A DNA stretch of 32,000 nucleotides from Candidatus Atelocyanobacterium thalassa isolate ALOHA. GTDB taxonomy: Bacteria; Cyanobacteriota; Cyanobacteriia; Cyanobacteriales; Microcystaceae. The position numbers and the translations under genes are program-made. The stretch spans positions 180,001 to 212,000 of the forward strand of contig NC_013771.1 in the NCBI RefSeq assembly GCF_000025125.1, in the 5' to 3' direction. Shown here piece after piece: positions 30,089 through 32,000 of the stretch. Under the pieces are notes generated by a model. That model worked only from the letters and a program-made list of their open reading frames with translations, was not told the DNA's origin and ran no database searches. Numbering within the stretch: position 1 is the first letter of the stretch; each line of letters begins with the position of its first letter.

Positions 30089-32000
30089 TTAAGAGTTAAA
30101 CATTTTATCAATAATAACCTGATAATGTTTCATAATAACAAGACGTTTCATTTTTAATGTTTGAGTCATCATATTATTTTCAATAGAAAATGGCTCTAAT
30201 ATAAAATCAAAAGTTTTTATCAAATCATCTGAACGATATCCTGGGCGATTTTGCACTTCTTTCTTTAACTCCTTACGATATAAGTCTTGAATTGATTGTG
30301 AGTAAAGATCATTATCAGCCAAGACATTTTTTAACTCATCTTTGGATGGTATGTTCAGGTGTAAATTTTGATCTTCTGCCCAAGACTTTAACATATCCAG
30401 ATTTGGAACTATTAAAGCTCCCAACATTTTTTGATCCTGCCCAACCAACATGATTTGATCAATATATACACTTCTTAAACAAGCATCTTCAATAGGTTGA
30501 GGTTCAATATTTTCTCCATTACTTAAAACAATAGTATCTTTAATCCTCCCGGTGATGACAAGATCATTCATAGGAGTTAACCATCCTAAGTCTCCACTAT
30601 CAAACCATCCTTGAGAATCTTTAACTTTGTTAGTTTCTTCTATTTTTTTATAGTATCCTTGCATGACTTGTGGTCCTCTAATGAGTATTAAGCCACACTT
30701 TCCTTTAGACAAGATTTGTCTGGTATTAGGATCTACAATATTAATTTCAGTTCCAGCAATCGGCTGCCCTGCTGTTCCTCTTAAGTTATGTTTATGAGTA
30801 CGTGCATTAGCAACAGGAGAAGTTTCTGTAAGACCATATCCTACTAATATAGGGATATCAATAATTTCATAAAAATCATCTAAGTGTTTTGCTAAAGATC
30901 CTCCTCCACTAATAAGTGTTTTAAAGCTTCCTCCTAAATTATCTCGAATTTGACGATAAACTAATAAGTCAGCTAGTTTATGTATTGGATAAAGAGCAAT
31001 AAGTTTTATAAAGGCCATAGCTCTTGTTTGAAAAGAAGGTTTTAAGTTCTCTAAACTAAGACAGTTAAAAATACGTCTACATACAATAAATTTGAGAGAA
31101 TTTTCAAAACAATATTTTATTATTTTTTCTTTTGCAACACTTTGTTCTCTAAATTGTTTTTGAATAACTTCATATAAAGATTCCCAAAGACGAGGTACAC
31201 CAACCATGTGGTGCGGCTTGAATTTTTTTAGATCATTTTTAAAATTACGAATATTTGTGTAAATTAAAGTACATCCTTGAGAAAGTAAAAAATATTCTGC
31301 ACTACGTTCATAAGAATGCCAAGATGGCAATATACTAAGGATACGATCACCTGGCTTAGGCTTGATTATGGTATCTAAGCTCCTGATTTGATGTAGTATA
31401 TTGCCGTGAGACAACATAGCTCCTTTTGGCTTTCCTGTTGTTCCTGAGGTATAAATTAAAGTAGCCAGATCGGTATCTTTTTTAACAATAGATCTTAAGT
31501 CAAAGTTTTTACCAAGTTTCATAAGCTCAGTAAAATTTAAAACCTTCACAGGTATTTCTAAATTACTTTTTTCATTACTTAATAAAATAATTAAACGTAA
31601 ATTAAATTGATCTGAAAAAGAATATAATTTTTCTAGTGTTTTTATATCTTCTACAATAAGTATACTACTATCACTATCTTGAAGAATATGAAGTAATTCA
31701 TTAGGATCTGACTGAGAAGATCGCACTGCATTTGATGCTCCTGCAAGCATTGATCCTTGATCAGCTATAAACCAACGAGGACTATTGTCAGCAATTAAAC
31801 AAATTTTGTCATTTTCTACAATTCCTAAGGATTGAAGTCCAGCTGCAAAAATTTTTAACTGTTCATATAATTGGGAAAAAGTCAGTTTAACTTCTGGCTT
31901 ACTATGAGGATCATAAAGTGCAATGATATCAGCAAATTTTGTAGCTGTAATTGCCCATATTTCCGATAAAGCTTGTAAATTACGATATTCGCGAATAGTT
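30089..32000 (-). CDS. aas: Long-chain acyl-ACP/acyl-CoA synthetase (AMP-forming), partial; N-terminus lies beyond window end
   Basis: AMP-binding motifs YTSGTTGKPKGAML and GYGLTETSP, with TLKMKR near the C-terminus. The frame stays open upstream of the track Met at 31750, reading TIREYRNLQALSEIWAITATKFADIIALYDP... up to position 31999. Confidence 0.9.
   Translation of the reverse strand, partial: TIREYRNLQALSEIWAITATKFADIIALYDPHSKPEVKLTFSQLYEQLKIFAAGLQSLGIVENDKICLIADNSPRWFIADQGSMLAGASNAVRSSQSDPNELLHILQDSDSSILIVEDIKTLEKLYSFSDQFNLRLIILLSNEKSNLEIPVKVLNFTELMKLGKNFDLRSIVKKDTDLATLIYTSGTTGKPKGAMLSHGNILHQIRSLDTIIKPKPGDRILSILPSWHSYERSAEYFLLSQGCTLIYTNIRNFKNDLKKFKPHHMVGVPRLWESLYEVIQKQFREQSVAKEKIIKYCFENSLKFIVCRRIFNCLSLENLKPSFQTRAMAFIKLIALYPIHKLADLLVYRQIRDNLGGSFKTLISGGGSLAKHLDDFYEIIDIPILVGYGLTETSPVANARTHKHNLRGTAGQPIAGTEINIVDPNTRQILSKGKCGLILIRGPQVMQGYYKKIEETNKVKDSQGWFDSGDLGWLTPMNDLVITGRIKDTIVLSNGENIEPQPIEDACLRSVYIDQIMLVGQDQKMLGALIVPNLDMLKSWAEDQNLHLNIPSKDELKNVLADNDLYSQSIQDLYRKELKKEVQNRPGYRSDDLIKTFDFILEPFSIENNMMTQTLKMKRLVIMKHYQVIIDKMFNS

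Overview
AT-rich chromosomal segment (by eye about 30% GC in genes, much lower in spacers). Gene content and protein sequences look cyanobacterial. Housekeeping genes (dnaX, ribH, frr, pyrH, map, sbcD, PDH E2, ubiD, gyrB, cobA/cbiX, recF, carA, cdsA, rpe, aas) sit among cyanobacteria-restricted DUF families that I recognise from memory: DUF3386, DUF1995, DUF3038, DUF4335, YlqD. The low GC, near-absence of the HIP1 octamer and long AT-only spacers suggest a reduced or symbiotic unicellular cyanobacterium of the Crocosphaera/Cyanothece type; that is inference only.

I support about 28 protein-coding genes. Two run off the window edges: dnaX at the left (absent from the ORF track) and aas at the right. 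I found no rRNA, tRNA, CRISPR array, transposase, integrase, phage gene or recognisable defence/toxin cassette.

I do not see a convincing novel multi-gene system; the window reads as ordinary core genome. The items most worth a second look are:
- a cbiX whose N-terminal HGSRD catalytic motif is in a different frame from the rest of the gene
- a near-perfect in-frame 3 x 81-bp tandem repeat inside dnaX
- a translationally coupled DUF3038/DUF4335 pair of unknown function
- an intact fatty-acid-hydroxylase/SDR fusion
- an HTH protein with an extreme acidic linker
- several unusually long AT-only spacers carrying perfect inverted repeats and one orphan terminator-like hairpin

All family assignments come from motif recognition by eye, not from database searches.
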